A stretch of DNA of 64,000 nucleotides from a virus (lineage: Duplodnaviria > Heunggongvirae > Uroviricota > Caudoviricetes): positions 17,669 through 81,668 of the IMG/VR virus record IMGVR_UViG_3300025450_000021, one strand, 5' to 3'. Positions 17,760 through 41,072 of the stretch are shown here, piece by piece. Position numbers and translations under genes: made by a program. Under the pieces are notes generated by a model that was not told where the DNA came from, made no database searches, and saw only the letters and a program-made list of their open reading frames with translations. Position 1 is the first letter of the stretch. The number at the start of each line of letters is the position of its first letter.

Positions 17760-18058
17760 TATTCGTTCCCTTCCGGATCTTGATTTTTAATGTCTTTTTT
17801 GGTAGGAATTGTTGTCACTGCTGGCACAATTTTTTCTTCTTGGGGACGAACATTAACTTGATTAGGAATAGTAGCACCTGCACCTTCTGCTATGATCTCT
17901 TCTCTACGCTTGATAATTTCTCCGTTTACTCCAAGTTTATCTCCACGAGCATTAACTTTGGCATTGCCGACAGCAACAGTCATTTCGTTCTGCTTCATAA
18001 GTTTAAGCATATCGACTTCTTTACCGCGAGCTGATTTATAAATTTGTTTTTGAGCCAT
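17759..18058 (-). CDS. hypothetical protein
   Basis: 99-aa ORF. AAGGAGAG Shine-Dalgarno upstream. Confidence 0.5.
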   Translation of the reverse strand: MAQKQIYKSARGKEVDMLKLMKQNEMTVAVGNAKVNARGDKLGVNGEIIKRREEIIAEGAGATIPNQVNVRPQEEKIVPAVTTIPTKKDIKNQDPEGNE

Positions 18059-18085
18059 TTTTAACTCTCCTTAATATACTACTAC

Positions 18086-18595
18086 TTATCTCAGGAATTC
18101 CTGCCAGTCTAAATTATATTTGACCGAATCTATTTGATGTACACCTAGCAAATACAGTACAAAACTGGCTACACTAGAACCTCGTCCTACACCCCAAACT
18201 ATACCATTTTCGTTACAAGTGTCCACAAAATGTTTAGTCCATTGCAGTAACGGTAACATGCCTCTTTCGTTGTAAGCATTCATTTCATCTAACACTCTGT
18301 CTTTTTGTTGCTGAGTGGTACATTTGGCAAGACACCATTCTTCTACATTGAAATCTCTATATTCGGGAGGCATGAACCAGTCACTTTGTAATGCACTATC
18401 GAAATCTGCAATATCGATAGATTCAAGCTGTTCGTTAAATCTTTGGAATGTAAATCCAGCAGTTTGTTCCAACTCTCCAATTTCTTCAGTATAGTCTACT
18501 GTGATATCTTTGAGGTTGGTAAGTTTTCCTTGATAAAGGAATTTGAATATATCTTGTGAATTAAAAATAGGATTACCGAATTTATCTAGGCGCAT
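18086..18595 (-). CDS. hypothetical protein with DnaE-like GRGS...Y.LG...D motif
   Basis: GRGSSVASFVLYLLGVHQIDSVKYNLDWQEFL resembles the PolIII-alpha RGSxxxSxVxYxLxIxxxDPxxxxLxFERFL segment. Only 169 aa. Confidence 0.5.
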   Translation of the reverse strand: MRLDKFGNPIFNSQDIFKFLYQGKLTNLKDITVDYTEEIGELEQTAGFTFQRFNEQLESIDIADFDSALQSDWFMPPEYRDFNVEEWCLAKCTTQQQKDRVLDEMNAYNERGMLPLLQWTKHFVDTCNENGIVWGVGRGSSVASFVLYLLGVHQIDSVKYNLDWQEFLR

Positions 18596-18605
18596 AGCCT
18601 ATACT

Positions 18606-18836
18606 TTAACTGACCTTGACTAGTTTGTCAAGTGTTTTATCGCGATTGGCCATCATTTTTTCTAAAGCCAATTTTTGTCTTTTTCGCTGTTCTTCTTTAT
18701 AAGTTTCCAAAACAGCAACCATTTGAGCTTGCAGTCCAGGGTTTCTAGTCATAAAGTATTTTTGAGTAAGATCATTAATCTTACTGTCAATTTCAGAATC
18801 TTTTAAATCTTTTAAATCGCCAACTAATGGATGCAT
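18606..18836 (-). CDS. hypothetical small helical protein
   Basis: 76-aa ORF, charged and helical. Confidence 0.45.
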   Translation of the reverse strand: MHPLVGDLKDLKDSEIDSKINDLTQKYFMTRNPGLQAQMVAVLETYKEEQRKRQKLALEKMMANRDKTLDKLVKVS

Positions 18837-20500
18837 TAGAATTGACCTTCGTATCTTAAATAAACATTACTGCCGTTATTAACAGTCCATGCTAGTATTT
18901 TTGTAGTTTGAAGACTTGTGCCACTGGTTAATGTAGCAGTACCTGCCGCATTGTCAGTACCAGTATGATTACCGTTGCTTGATATAACAACAGTTGGTGC
19001 TGTCGATGTATAACCTTTACCAGGAGTAGTAACATTAATAGCACCAATACCGCAACTAACTGCTAAACGTGCTCCGCTTCCACCACCACTAACTGTAATA
19101 ATATTACGCAATGATGTAGTTAACGAAATAGGACTTGTAAGTGTTCCTTGTGGGAAACTGGTTAATGTTGCGATTGGGCCAACAGTAGTTCCACTTGCAG
19201 GATTATATGTGAATATAGCAGTTCCTGCTCCGGTGGTCACTACAGGAGTTGAACCATTGCTGGCTACTAGTGTAATAGATCCTGGAAATCCAGGAGTAAC
19301 AGTTCCAATGTATGTACCAGCTGGAATCAATCCAGCAGTAGTTGTAGTTATAGACATTCCAGATGCAATATTAGTAAAATCATAAACAGTCATAGAAGAT
19401 GAAGAATTACTAACAGTTCCTACAAATGTATTTGCGATTGATGCCACAGCAAAAGTAGTATTAGAAACTCCTGCAATTTGTACAAGATCGCCAAGTGCAT
19501 ATCCTTTACCGCCAATGCCACCTTGAATAATTCCTGCACCAGCACTGCTAGTCATATTACCAGTAGCTGTACAATTATAAGTTACTGTGGTAGCACTACC
19601 ACCAGTAACAGTCCAAACTCCGTTGTAACCAGCAGGAACTAATCCTGAAACAACAATAGTTTGACCAATAGTGTATGGCGTAATACCACTTGCCTGTGTG
19701 TTTTGAGCAAAAGTTAATGTAACAGTAGAACCTGTTCCACTAGTTGCAGTTACAGCAACTGATGTTGCAAATGTTGTATTGTTAGTTAATGGAGTAAGGG
19801 ATGAAGTTCCAGCATTGACAATAGTATAAGTTGCACTTGCTACTGGTGTAATAGCATTAGTAATTGGACTACCACCGGTAAAAGAAATAGTAGCAGGGCT
19901 AGTATAACCCGATCCTGCATTAGATACCACAATAGAAGAAACACCTTCACCACCTACTACAAATCCAGAAGTGCCTGTACTTGGACTGATTGGAAAATTA
20001 TTATCGTAAGAAATAGTTCCTGCTGTTGTTGCAAATGTAGGAGAACATACAGCAGTTCCAGTGCTTTGTATTAAAATAATAGCACTTGAATATAATCCTG
20101 TTGTACCTGGATAAGTTGGAAATCCTGTTGTACCGCCAGTTAAACTAAATGTAAATGTAGTATTACCTGATAGAATAAATTTTTGTACAGCACCTTGACT
20201 TAGATCAATATTTACAGCACCGCTAACATTAGTGGCACTATAATAAGTTCCAGAAAACAATTGATATAAACCATTGCTAATAGTAGCACCCAGCAAATTA
20301 TTAACTGCGGGTGTACTAACTCCTGTTCCTAGTTGTGTAGAAACTAACGCTTTAGATTGTAAATCTGTTATTTCGTTATAAGCAGTTGTAAAATTACCAG
20401 CAATCGCGGCAAAATTAGTACGAAATCCTTGGCTAGGATTATCTTGTCCTTCTATGGGAAAAGTTGTCGAAATGGTGTTTGGGTTAATTGCACTGGTCAT
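18836..20500 (-). CDS. virion structural protein, Thr/Ser/Gly-rich fibre-like
   Basis: 554 aa with T/S/G beta-rich composition and no enzymatic motifs. ATGA overlap with the next structural gene. Confidence 0.65.
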   Translation of the reverse strand: MTSAINPNTISTTFPIEGQDNPSQGFRTNFAAIAGNFTTAYNEITDLQSKALVSTQLGTGVSTPAVNNLLGATISNGLYQLFSGTYYSATNVSGAVNIDLSQGAVQKFILSGNTTFTFSLTGGTTGFPTYPGTTGLYSSAIILIQSTGTAVCSPTFATTAGTISYDNNFPISPSTGTSGFVVGGEGVSSIVVSNAGSGYTSPATISFTGGSPITNAITPVASATYTIVNAGTSSLTPLTNNTTFATSVAVTATSGTGSTVTLTFAQNTQASGITPYTIGQTIVVSGLVPAGYNGVWTVTGGSATTVTYNCTATGNMTSSAGAGIIQGGIGGKGYALGDLVQIAGVSNTTFAVASIANTFVGTVSNSSSSMTVYDFTNIASGMSITTTTAGLIPAGTYIGTVTPGFPGSITLVASNGSTPVVTTGAGTAIFTYNPASGTTVGPIATLTSFPQGTLTSPISLTTSLRNIITVSGGGSGARLAVSCGIGAINVTTPGKGYTSTAPTVVISSNGNHTGTDNAAGTATLTSGTSLQTTKILAWTVNNGSNVYLRYEGQF

Positions 20501-23280
20501 ACGGTTATCCTATCGTTTCTGAATACAAGGTATTTATCGCTTGCGTAACCGGTGACAGCAGAGATGATGAATCTGTCTACGGTATAATCTATTGTGTTAA
20601 AATTGAACCCACTGTGTTCAATATTTAAAAGTATGTCGTTACTAGTTCCAGGCTTACAGAAGCAAAGTGGTACACATAACACATATCCTAGTTGAGCTTT
20701 TTGCCCTAACGGAATACTACGCATCCATAGCGGCAAATAATTACGTTCAGTTAGGCCCACTCCGCTCAATCTAGTTTGCCAATTAGTGATACTGTTTGGG
20801 TAATATTCGTCAGTATTTGGATTACTTACCAAATATCCTTTACTATCTACAGTTATATTGTATAAAGGTTTAGCATTTATTATGCTTTCGTCTACAGTTA
20901 TAACATTAGGTTCTAAACTGGTAGTCTTGAAATTTAGAGGTAAGTGATTTCCATTTGATTCTCTTGGATCAATCATCTGCACATAAACTACTTCATATAC
21001 AGTTTCATTAGTAATAGGATCAGTAGCAATGGCAGTTTTTAAACTACCAAATTTAAATTGTTTACGTTTGAATCCTAGTCCTATGGCACCTACATACGCA
21101 CCGGCTACCTCTGTTTGAATACCTGCATAAACTAACATGTTTAAGTTGCTTTGTATTCCAAAATTAGGATCATTGATTCGATAGATATCACTAGGTATAA
21201 AAATTGTAGGATTATTAATAAATGCCTTCCATACACTTCGTTGTGCGGGTGCCAAGAAAGGTTGGCAAGTAATATTACTGTAAGGAACACTATTAGGAGC
21301 ACTCAATGTTATAGTAAATGTTTGAGGTAATGCACTATATTCATACTGATCGCTAACGGTCACTGTAAAATTATATGTTAAATCGCTTGTTGTTTCTTTG
21401 AAATCAAATGTAGTCAATCCGCCGTCGAACGTAGTTAAACCTAATTGGCCTGTAGTAGAATTATAATATTGATTAGGAATTCCTACAATTTCACCATCTA
21501 GTGTCAAAGTTAGTCCTGGAGGTAAACTTCCGCCAGTCAGTGTGTATAATAATGTATCGTTAGGAATATTGGTTGTTGCACTTACACGCAATGTAGATAC
21601 ATAGTTTGCAGGTATAGTTCCTAAATTACTTGGACTAGTCCAGGTTATTTGACGATTAATACTACCTAAAATTGTAATATTAAAAGTTTTGTGGTTAATA
21701 ACTTGATCAACTATATTGGCACTAAATCTAGTAGCTGTTATAGTAAAAGCATAAGTTTCGGTGATAGCAGGTTGATATGGAACGCGACCGTATATCTCTC
21801 CTGTTTCAACATCAAATTGTGTACCCTTAGGTAATTGACTTAGTGATCCAATATAAAATGCTGTAAAATTTGGTATGGCTATAGCCAATGGAGTTGTTAT
21901 TGTTAAACGATAATAACCTGCAATGCCGACATTAATACTGGCAGTGGTAGAAACAGTTGCATTATTATTCATTGTAACTGTAATAGTATTTGGACTAACA
22001 TTACTGTTTACAGCAATTTGAACAATGGTACTATTAACAGGAATACCGCCGCCGTCAATAGTTGCACCAATAGTCAATTCATTAATAAACGCATAGTTGA
22101 TGCCAGTTATTATTTTGCTACCATTAGTCAATGTTCCAGTAATAGGAGCAGTTACTTGATTGACGGCAGAAATTTGATAAGTTTGACTAGTAGCACCATT
22201 GAGATAGTTGTCTAATGTAAAATATTGTCCAATTACAGGAACACTTGATAAATTTGTCACAGTGACAAAATAACTATTTAAGGCGTTATCACTGATTAGA
22301 ATTTGTTTACTTACTGCGTATACTTCGCAATTAGTTGTTTCTAATCGAAATATAATATCAGTGTTATCATATAATAATACAGGAACTGTGAGATAATTAT
22401 TAGCTCTAAAAATACCTAAACTAGTATTACTTAACCAAACAGGTGTTCTTAAAAAAGTCGAGTCTGCGGTGAATCCGTCTGAAAACCTATTAGTACTTGT
22501 ACTGTCTGCACGAAATTGATCATCGCCCACGACAAAAATATTAAAAATTCTTTGAGCATAGTTGATACCATCGGTAGCTGTGACTCTAAATTGATAATTG
22601 GCATTTAAACTTTTAGGTAATACGCTTGGTAAATTATAATCAAAAAATACATCGTCAAATTGATAACTGTCAAAACCGTCAGTGGGTATTAATGCAAAAT
22701 CATAAGCACCGATATCAAAATCTGCTTGATCAAACTCGCCAGTACCAGCGGCAGGTGTTAATATTTCTTGAGGTTTAATATATCCACTTATTACACCATC
22801 GTTGCTAAGAGTAAGCCCCGGTGGAAGTGATCCATCTCCTGTTGCTATAAAATATTTTAAACTACCACCAATTGATGTATTAAGATCAAATGCTTCTATC
22901 TGATAATTTACATACGTGCCGTCTAATGCATATAATTGTTGTCTAGGACCTACTGGTAATTCTCCAGCAGGTGTTACAAATTCAGGAGGATTAGCACCGT
23001 TAACTATCATGTTAAAAGTTCTATCTGCAATACCGTTACTGCTACTAGCTCTTATACAAAAAGTATATGTTGTTGCAGAATTAACAATGTAAGGATTTCC
23101 TACTAATGAACTACCGATAATAGAAACACCGCCTGGTAAACTTCCCGAAATTATGGTAAATGTTATACCTGTGGTTGAGCTAACGGGCAATGCTACATTT
23201 AAAGAAACTTGTTCTTGAAATGGTTGACCACTATTTGTAAAAGTATATCCTGAAGGTTTAGTCCAGATGTTTAACATCAA
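20497..23280 (-). CDS. virion structural protein (tail-fibre/baseplate-like), 927 aa
   Basis: Long T/S/N/G-rich ORF in the structural block. Confidence 0.65.
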   Translation of the reverse strand: MMLNIWTKPSGYTFTNSGQPFQEQVSLNVALPVSSTTGITFTIISGSLPGGVSIIGSSLVGNPYIVNSATTYTFCIRASSSNGIADRTFNMIVNGANPPEFVTPAGELPVGPRQQLYALDGTYVNYQIEAFDLNTSIGGSLKYFIATGDGSLPPGLTLSNDGVISGYIKPQEILTPAAGTGEFDQADFDIGAYDFALIPTDGFDSYQFDDVFFDYNLPSVLPKSLNANYQFRVTATDGINYAQRIFNIFVVGDDQFRADSTSTNRFSDGFTADSTFLRTPVWLSNTSLGIFRANNYLTVPVLLYDNTDIIFRLETTNCEVYAVSKQILISDNALNSYFVTVTNLSSVPVIGQYFTLDNYLNGATSQTYQISAVNQVTAPITGTLTNGSKIITGINYAFINELTIGATIDGGGIPVNSTIVQIAVNSNVSPNTITVTMNNNATVSTTASINVGIAGYYRLTITTPLAIAIPNFTAFYIGSLSQLPKGTQFDVETGEIYGRVPYQPAITETYAFTITATRFSANIVDQVINHKTFNITILGSINRQITWTSPSNLGTIPANYVSTLRVSATTNIPNDTLLYTLTGGSLPPGLTLTLDGEIVGIPNQYYNSTTGQLGLTTFDGGLTTFDFKETTSDLTYNFTVTVSDQYEYSALPQTFTITLSAPNSVPYSNITCQPFLAPAQRSVWKAFINNPTIFIPSDIYRINDPNFGIQSNLNMLVYAGIQTEVAGAYVGAIGLGFKRKQFKFGSLKTAIATDPITNETVYEVVYVQMIDPRESNGNHLPLNFKTTSLEPNVITVDESIINAKPLYNITVDSKGYLVSNPNTDEYYPNSITNWQTRLSGVGLTERNYLPLWMRSIPLGQKAQLGYVLCVPLCFCKPGTSNDILLNIEHSGFNFNTIDYTVDRFIISAVTGYASDKYLVFRNDRITV

Positions 23281-23289
23281 TTACTCCAG

Positions 23290-25422
23290 TTATTGTATTC
23301 TGTACCATGAGGTATTGCTTGCTCTATAAATGTAGATAATTGATGTAGATTGGTTAACAGTACCAGCCGCCGATCCAATTAATGTAGGTCCTGCGGTAAC
23401 TGCTAGTGTTACACTATAAGTTCCTTGCACTGCTATACGCAAACGTTGTCCATCGATTAAACCTGAACTTGGGAAAGTTACAGTTGCAGTTAATCCAGAT
23501 GCACCAATTATTAAAATATTATCAGTAACTGTGGTGCTCAATGCGTAAGTTGTACTAGAATTAACTGTGATGTAATTTGCTGGAGTAATTTCTAAACCAG
23601 TTTGTGTAATATTAGTAAATGTTGGACTTGCAACAGTATTCCAAGTTACAGAACCGTTAGCACTTTGCGTAACACTTATATTTGTTCCGCTATTATAAAC
23701 TGGTTGTATTGCCCACCAATTAGTAGTACTTTTTGCGGCAAGGCCTAGTGTAGCGTATGCAGGTAATGATGTAGGTATGTTAACTGAACTATTTTCAATA
23801 CTTGCTCCACTTCCTGGATAAACATTGATAGCACTAGCTGTGTTATTTGTAATTGAAATTTCTCTACCAACTATGGCAGTAGGTAAAACTACTCCGCCTG
23901 TCCCACTTGATATATAAGTGTTATCTGCCGTAATTGCTGTAGCAGTACCTTGATTAGATCCAGCCGCCACTATAGTAGCTGAACTGAACAATATAGCACC
24001 AGATGGAGTCGTGTTACCATATTGGTCTATGGCCAATAGAGCTACCCTGGTATTGTTAGCATTATTATAGAATGTTATGCCAGCGCCGCTGCCAACACTT
24101 ATACGGCCCAGGCTTGAACCTGAAACATAATCAACAATGATACCACCAGTATATGAACTAGTAAAAGTTCCAGTTGATACAAATCCAGCTGACGCCGATA
24201 TAGCAGTACCTGTTTCAGTATTGACACTTGTTGTAGTTCCGTTAACAGTTAAGTTTCCTGTAACGGTCAAATTATTATTAACTGTAGTAGTGCCTGTACT
24301 TGCACCAATATTAATAGTAGTTGCTGTAGTAACAAAATTAAAAGTACTATTAGCCGCAGTAATACTAGTAGCAGTAGCACCATCGATATTTGGAGTCGTA
24401 AAACTTGGACTAGTTGCAAATACAATATTACCTGTACCAGTCGAACCTGTAACGCTTGTACCTCCTATAACTGGAGTACCTGTTAAACTTGCACTATATA
24501 ATGTTGGGCTTGAAGAAAATACAAAATTACCTGTGCCTGTTGCACCTGTTGAAGTTACTCCTTCGATAGTTGCATGTCCAGCAATAGTTGGAGAAGTAAT
24601 TGTAGGACTAGATGCAAATACAAGACTACCACCTGACCCAGTTGGATCTGCCATTACATTAAATAATCCAGTACTGGTCGTAGTAGCAAACTGCCCTAAG
24701 TTACTAGCAGTTGATGCCAATGTACCACTAGTGGGTAAAGTTAGTTGTGTATTAGCTGTGACAGTTAAAGTTAAATTATGACTACCAGCTAGGCTAAGAT
24801 TTCCAGTTAATGTTACTTGATGATCCTTGGCATCTTGAATAGGATCTCCTGCTGTATAGTTTCCAAAATTAATTTTATTGTTTATTGAAGTGAAATTAGC
24901 ACCAAAGTCCCATTTGTAACCACCGCTACCACCACTTGTACGTTGTGTTACTGGGTTAGTTTCGTATCCAGTAGGAGCACTAAAAGAACCCATGTCAACG
25001 GTTAAGTTGTTTGTGTCCATTAGTAATTCAAGTAATACACTATCTACACGAGGATCATAACCGTAGATTGTAGTTTGAGCATCACCGTTAGAGATATTAT
25101 AACTATTTAAATTAATATTACCACCTGCAATAGGTGAAGTATCATTTACTAATTTAGTAGTTGATTCTAAATTAACTGTAGTAGCAGTACTAGTAATTCC
25201 AACACTACCACCGGTACTGGTTAAACTTTTAAATTCTAAATTTAGTAAGTTTTTGTCAGCCCAGATGCCAACACCTGTACCAAGATTAGCCGCACCAGCA
25301 ACACCTGAATCTGTTTGTAATAGTGTAAAATTTGCATTAACTTTGTTAAACGCGGTTAATAAATCGTCACCTGTACCGTCATTTGCATAGGTTCCAGTGT
25401 TGATTAGTTGTAATGTTGTCAT
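23290..25422 (-). CDS. fibre-like structural protein with conserved N-terminal domain (MTTLQLINTGTYANDGTGDDLLTAFNKVNANFT)
   Basis: 710 aa. The N-terminal ~40 aa are paralogous to the N-termini of 26675..27052 and 27052..39555. Confidence 0.7.
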   Translation of the reverse strand: MTTLQLINTGTYANDGTGDDLLTAFNKVNANFTLLQTDSGVAGAANLGTGVGIWADKNLLNLEFKSLTSTGGSVGITSTATTVNLESTTKLVNDTSPIAGGNINLNSYNISNGDAQTTIYGYDPRVDSVLLELLMDTNNLTVDMGSFSAPTGYETNPVTQRTSGGSGGYKWDFGANFTSINNKINFGNYTAGDPIQDAKDHQVTLTGNLSLAGSHNLTLTVTANTQLTLPTSGTLASTASNLGQFATTTSTGLFNVMADPTGSGGSLVFASSPTITSPTIAGHATIEGVTSTGATGTGNFVFSSSPTLYSASLTGTPVIGGTSVTGSTGTGNIVFATSPSFTTPNIDGATATSITAANSTFNFVTTATTINIGASTGTTTVNNNLTVTGNLTVNGTTTSVNTETGTAISASAGFVSTGTFTSSYTGGIIVDYVSGSSLGRISVGSGAGITFYNNANNTRVALLAIDQYGNTTPSGAILFSSATIVAAGSNQGTATAITADNTYISSGTGGVVLPTAIVGREISITNNTASAINVYPGSGASIENSSVNIPTSLPAYATLGLAAKSTTNWWAIQPVYNSGTNISVTQSANGSVTWNTVASPTFTNITQTGLEITPANYITVNSSTTYALSTTVTDNILIIGASGLTATVTFPSSGLIDGQRLRIAVQGTYSVTLAVTAGPTLIGSAAGTVNQSTSIIYIYRASNTSWYRIQ

Positions 25423-25468
25423 ATTTGCCGCTCTCTTTTATATATTTACCGTATTAGACTACTGTATA

Positions 25469-26674
25469 TTATCTGCTTTCAATCCACTGCATACTGGCTT
25501 GACCGTATTGTGTACCTGTTGATAATTGTGCGATAGCGATAGTATAAGTATCGCTAACAGTTCCTAGACTTTGACGACCTAGTTGGAAAGCAATATTACT
25601 GATATCTTCAGCCGTGCCTGGCGCGATTGCCTGTTTGATAATTGTTCCGCCACTTATAGCCGTAGAAGCACTGTCCGTTTGTGCAAAGCTACCTGTGTTT
25701 ACACTATTGTTCCAAGAAGGACCTGTTAGCGTACCATTTTTAATAATTCTGTATGCACACACTACGACTGCACCTGCGGCAGTAGTAGCACCTGTGGTTA
25801 GATAGGTAGGTCTCAAAACACCGTTGAGTGCTGTACTTTGCAGTCTAACACTGATAATAGGTAGGTATGTACCAAGCGATAATGTAATAGGCGTAGATGT
25901 AGCGAAACTGTTGCTGGCACCTAGGTTAGGGCTAAATGGTCCGTCACAAGTAACGCTGTTTGATCCTTGACGCATTGTGCTTGAACTTGCGGTTGTACCT
26001 GTATTGAATAGTTCTAATCTAATAGGAAGGAAAGGAGTGCTACACCAAACAGTAGTTTGTATGTTGGCAGTATAATAAGTATGACAGTTTATGATAGAAC
26101 CGTTGACAATAAACCCTAGTGTAACAGCACCGACACCATACCATTCGTAATCGAAACTGATCAGTTGTTGTTTAGTTAAGTCAAGAGTGATACCACTGGC
26201 ACCTGTGCCATCTAACTTGTCGCCGTTCCAGCTGGATCTGGCTATCCTTGTTTCTTGCATTGAGCCGCTGGTGCTGGTTCTAATTACAAAATTGAATGTG
26301 CTGGCGCCTACTAGTTCAAAGAAAAATCCGTTATTTTCATCGAACAAGCCAACACGCTGAGTCAAGTTGGCAATTGGGGTTGAAAACTTGATCTGCTGAT
26401 TAAGCTGTGCAGGGCGACCCGGAATGTAAGGGATAACCCTTTGTGTTTGTCTAATAATACTAGCACCACTGGCTGTAGTTGTGGCCATATCCACTCCACT
26501 GTTGGCGCTGTTCCATGTAGCACTGCCGCCAGTAACTGTAGCTTCGTCCCAGTTGTCTGTTTCTTTACTAAACTGAAATGTATTGAACCAAATAGATTGA
26601 TAATCGGTAATACGTAGTCTGTTGTGACTGTTAATTTGTGCATTGGCTAATGCATTGTTTATTATGTATGTCAT
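25469..26674 (-). CDS. virion structural protein
   Basis: 401 aa, T/S/G-rich, within the structural block. Confidence 0.6.
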   Translation of the reverse strand: MTYIINNALANAQINSHNRLRITDYQSIWFNTFQFSKETDNWDEATVTGGSATWNSANSGVDMATTTASGASIIRQTQRVIPYIPGRPAQLNQQIKFSTPIANLTQRVGLFDENNGFFFELVGASTFNFVIRTSTSGSMQETRIARSSWNGDKLDGTGASGITLDLTKQQLISFDYEWYGVGAVTLGFIVNGSIINCHTYYTANIQTTVWCSTPFLPIRLELFNTGTTASSSTMRQGSNSVTCDGPFSPNLGASNSFATSTPITLSLGTYLPIISVRLQSTALNGVLRPTYLTTGATTAAGAVVVCAYRIIKNGTLTGPSWNNSVNTGSFAQTDSASTAISGGTIIKQAIAPGTAEDISNIAFQLGRQSLGTVSDTYTIAIAQLSTGTQYGQASMQWIESR

Positions 26675-27051
26675 TTAGATTAATCTCCATCCTGATCTGT
26701 ATATTAGAGTCAAAGCTCCGTTATTAGCTGCCAGTATTATGTTTGTGTTGTTGTCTATAGTGCCTACGATTGTAATTGGATTAGTTGAAGATCGTCCGCT
26801 TTCGTCTTTAATCACCAATTGAAATCCATTGCTCACGCTGGGTAAAGTAATAGTTACTGGCCCAGCATAATTAACTCCAATGTAATAATCAGAACTAGTT
26901 GCGGTATAAGAACTAGTAGTAACTATTTGAGTTGAATGTATGTTAGAATAGAGATCGGTAAAGTTTGCATTTATTTTTGTAAATGCTGTTCGTAGAGGAT
27001 CTCCAGTACCATCGTTGGCTGTATTTCCTAAATTGATTATTTGTTGTGTCA

Positions 27052-27052
<1 letters not shown>
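26675..27052 (-). CDS. small structural protein carrying the conserved fibre N-terminal domain (MTQQIINLGNTANDGTGDPLRTAFTKINANFTDLY)
   Basis: 125 aa. Shares the N-terminal motif. ATG overlaps the giant gene stop. Confidence 0.6.
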
Positions 27053-39881
<12,829 letters not shown>

Positions 39882-39940
39882 AATAGCCCTCGATATGATA
39901 TTTATCAAAGGCTTTTTATAACCTTAATGTAAATAAGAGT

Positions 39941-40228
39941 ATGTATATCGGAACTGAATTTCGTGAAAACTTCTATGTACGTACCGGTAAAAGAGGTACT
40001 GTGCATACTTATAACCGCAAAAAACGTGTAGTAGTGTTTAGGTGCGATGCTTGTCACGAAGTGTTTAATCGAGACAAAGGAAGCATGGATCCTAAGCGAT
40101 TAAACAACAATTATTATCATGTATGTGGCTGTTGCGACGCTAAGAAATTTGCTCAATCAAAGGGTGTTGAAGCTCGCAAAGTATGGGACATGCCAGTAAG
40201 TAGCCTTAAGACGCTAGGCCAATTTTAG
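39941..40228 (+). CDS. Cys-rich small protein (putative zinc ribbon; CDACHE...CGCCDAKK)
   Basis: 95 aa on the plus strand, divergent from iscA. Confidence 0.45.
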   Translation: MYIGTEFRENFYVRTGKRGTVHTYNRKKRVVVFRCDACHEVFNRDKGSMDPKRLNNNYYHVCGCCDAKKFAQSKGVEARKVWDMPVSSLKTLGQF

Positions 40229-41037
40229 CTTTGCCAATCCTTGTCGCCTGGATGTACTTGACTGTATCCACGTTTCCATTCTTTTCTATATTGATCAGCT
40301 GGGAGTAATCCAGAAAAATCTAATTTCTTAGCAACTCTATCTTTGAGTTGCGGGTAAAGTTTTTGTATATATGATTTATCTTTACTTCGCTGGCCTATCA
40401 TATCAATAAATCCACCTGGTCGATTATAACCTACATACCACTCAGTGGGTTCGGTTTTCTTTGGAGGATTACCACTGGTATATCCATTATTGTGTATTTT
40501 TAATTTTGACGGATCTGTATAATCGTTCTGCGGTTGGGGTCCAGTATCAGCAGGCGGTTTAGCTAGGGGATTTTGCCCTTCCTTGCGCCACGGAGAAATT
40601 TTAACACCCATTGTTTTAGCGTGATCAAAAAAACCTCTGGGGATTTTTAAGTCAGGATCGTATTGTATTTCAACTATAAATGGAGCCTGAATAGGTATAG
40701 GTTTATATACCTGTTCTTCAGTTTCGTATTTGTAATGCATCATAGCACCTACCTTAGGTACTACTTTGTAGCCGTGCTTACGTAAAGCATTTTTATCTAT
40801 AACAAATTGAGCCACACCATGCCCGTAGGGAAAATGCAAGTATTGATTACGAGTTAGACTTATGCGTGGAATAGATTCTTCACCATTTTCTTGATCCATG
40901 TCTTGATCAAAGTCAAAGGGCTCTTGAGGTTTTAAAGCACCACTTTTTAATATCTTCATCATAGTAGGACCGTCTGGCACTCCGTGATATAAGAATTGAT
41001 CGTTTACACCCTCGTCTAACAGTTCCCAGATTTTCAT
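40225..41037 (-). CDS. hypothetical protein, MKIWELLDEG N-terminal family; LYHGx8IxxxGALKP motif reminiscent of Tpt1/KptA or ART fold
   Basis: 270 aa. N-terminal family motif. FLYHGVPDGPTMMKILKSGALKP compared with KptA LYHGTSxxxLxxIxxxGLKP. An ATAAATA box lies 10 nt upstream. Confidence 0.55.
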   Translation of the reverse strand: MKIWELLDEGVNDQFLYHGVPDGPTMMKILKSGALKPQEPFDFDQDMDQENGEESIPRISLTRNQYLHFPYGHGVAQFVIDKNALRKHGYKVVPKVGAMMHYKYETEEQVYKPIPIQAPFIVEIQYDPDLKIPRGFFDHAKTMGVKISPWRKEGQNPLAKPPADTGPQPQNDYTDPSKLKIHNNGYTSGNPPKKTEPTEWYVGYNRPGGFIDMIGQRSKDKSYIQKLYPQLKDRVAKKLDFSGLLPADQYRKEWKRGYSQVHPGDKDWQS

Positions 41038-41072
41038 AGTAATATTATTTATTTTCTAGACCAACTCTAGAG

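Noticed and set aside
24137-24781. 214-aa plus-strand ORF (and similar plus ORFs at 27518..27925, 28817..29008, 31190..31417) inside the fibre genes
   Set aside because: They lie antisense within long, clearly coding minus-strand genes. Their Pro/Val/Leu-rich translations are typical of the reverse frame of Thr/Ser/Gly-rich repeats. They have no Shine-Dalgarno and no independent support.
41038-41072. ctctaga-gttgg-tctagag hairpin downstream of ORF 41073..41360
   Set aside because: It is followed by an A-rich rather than T-rich tract on the coding strand and overlaps the ATAAATA box. It is more likely part of the promoter region than a terminator.
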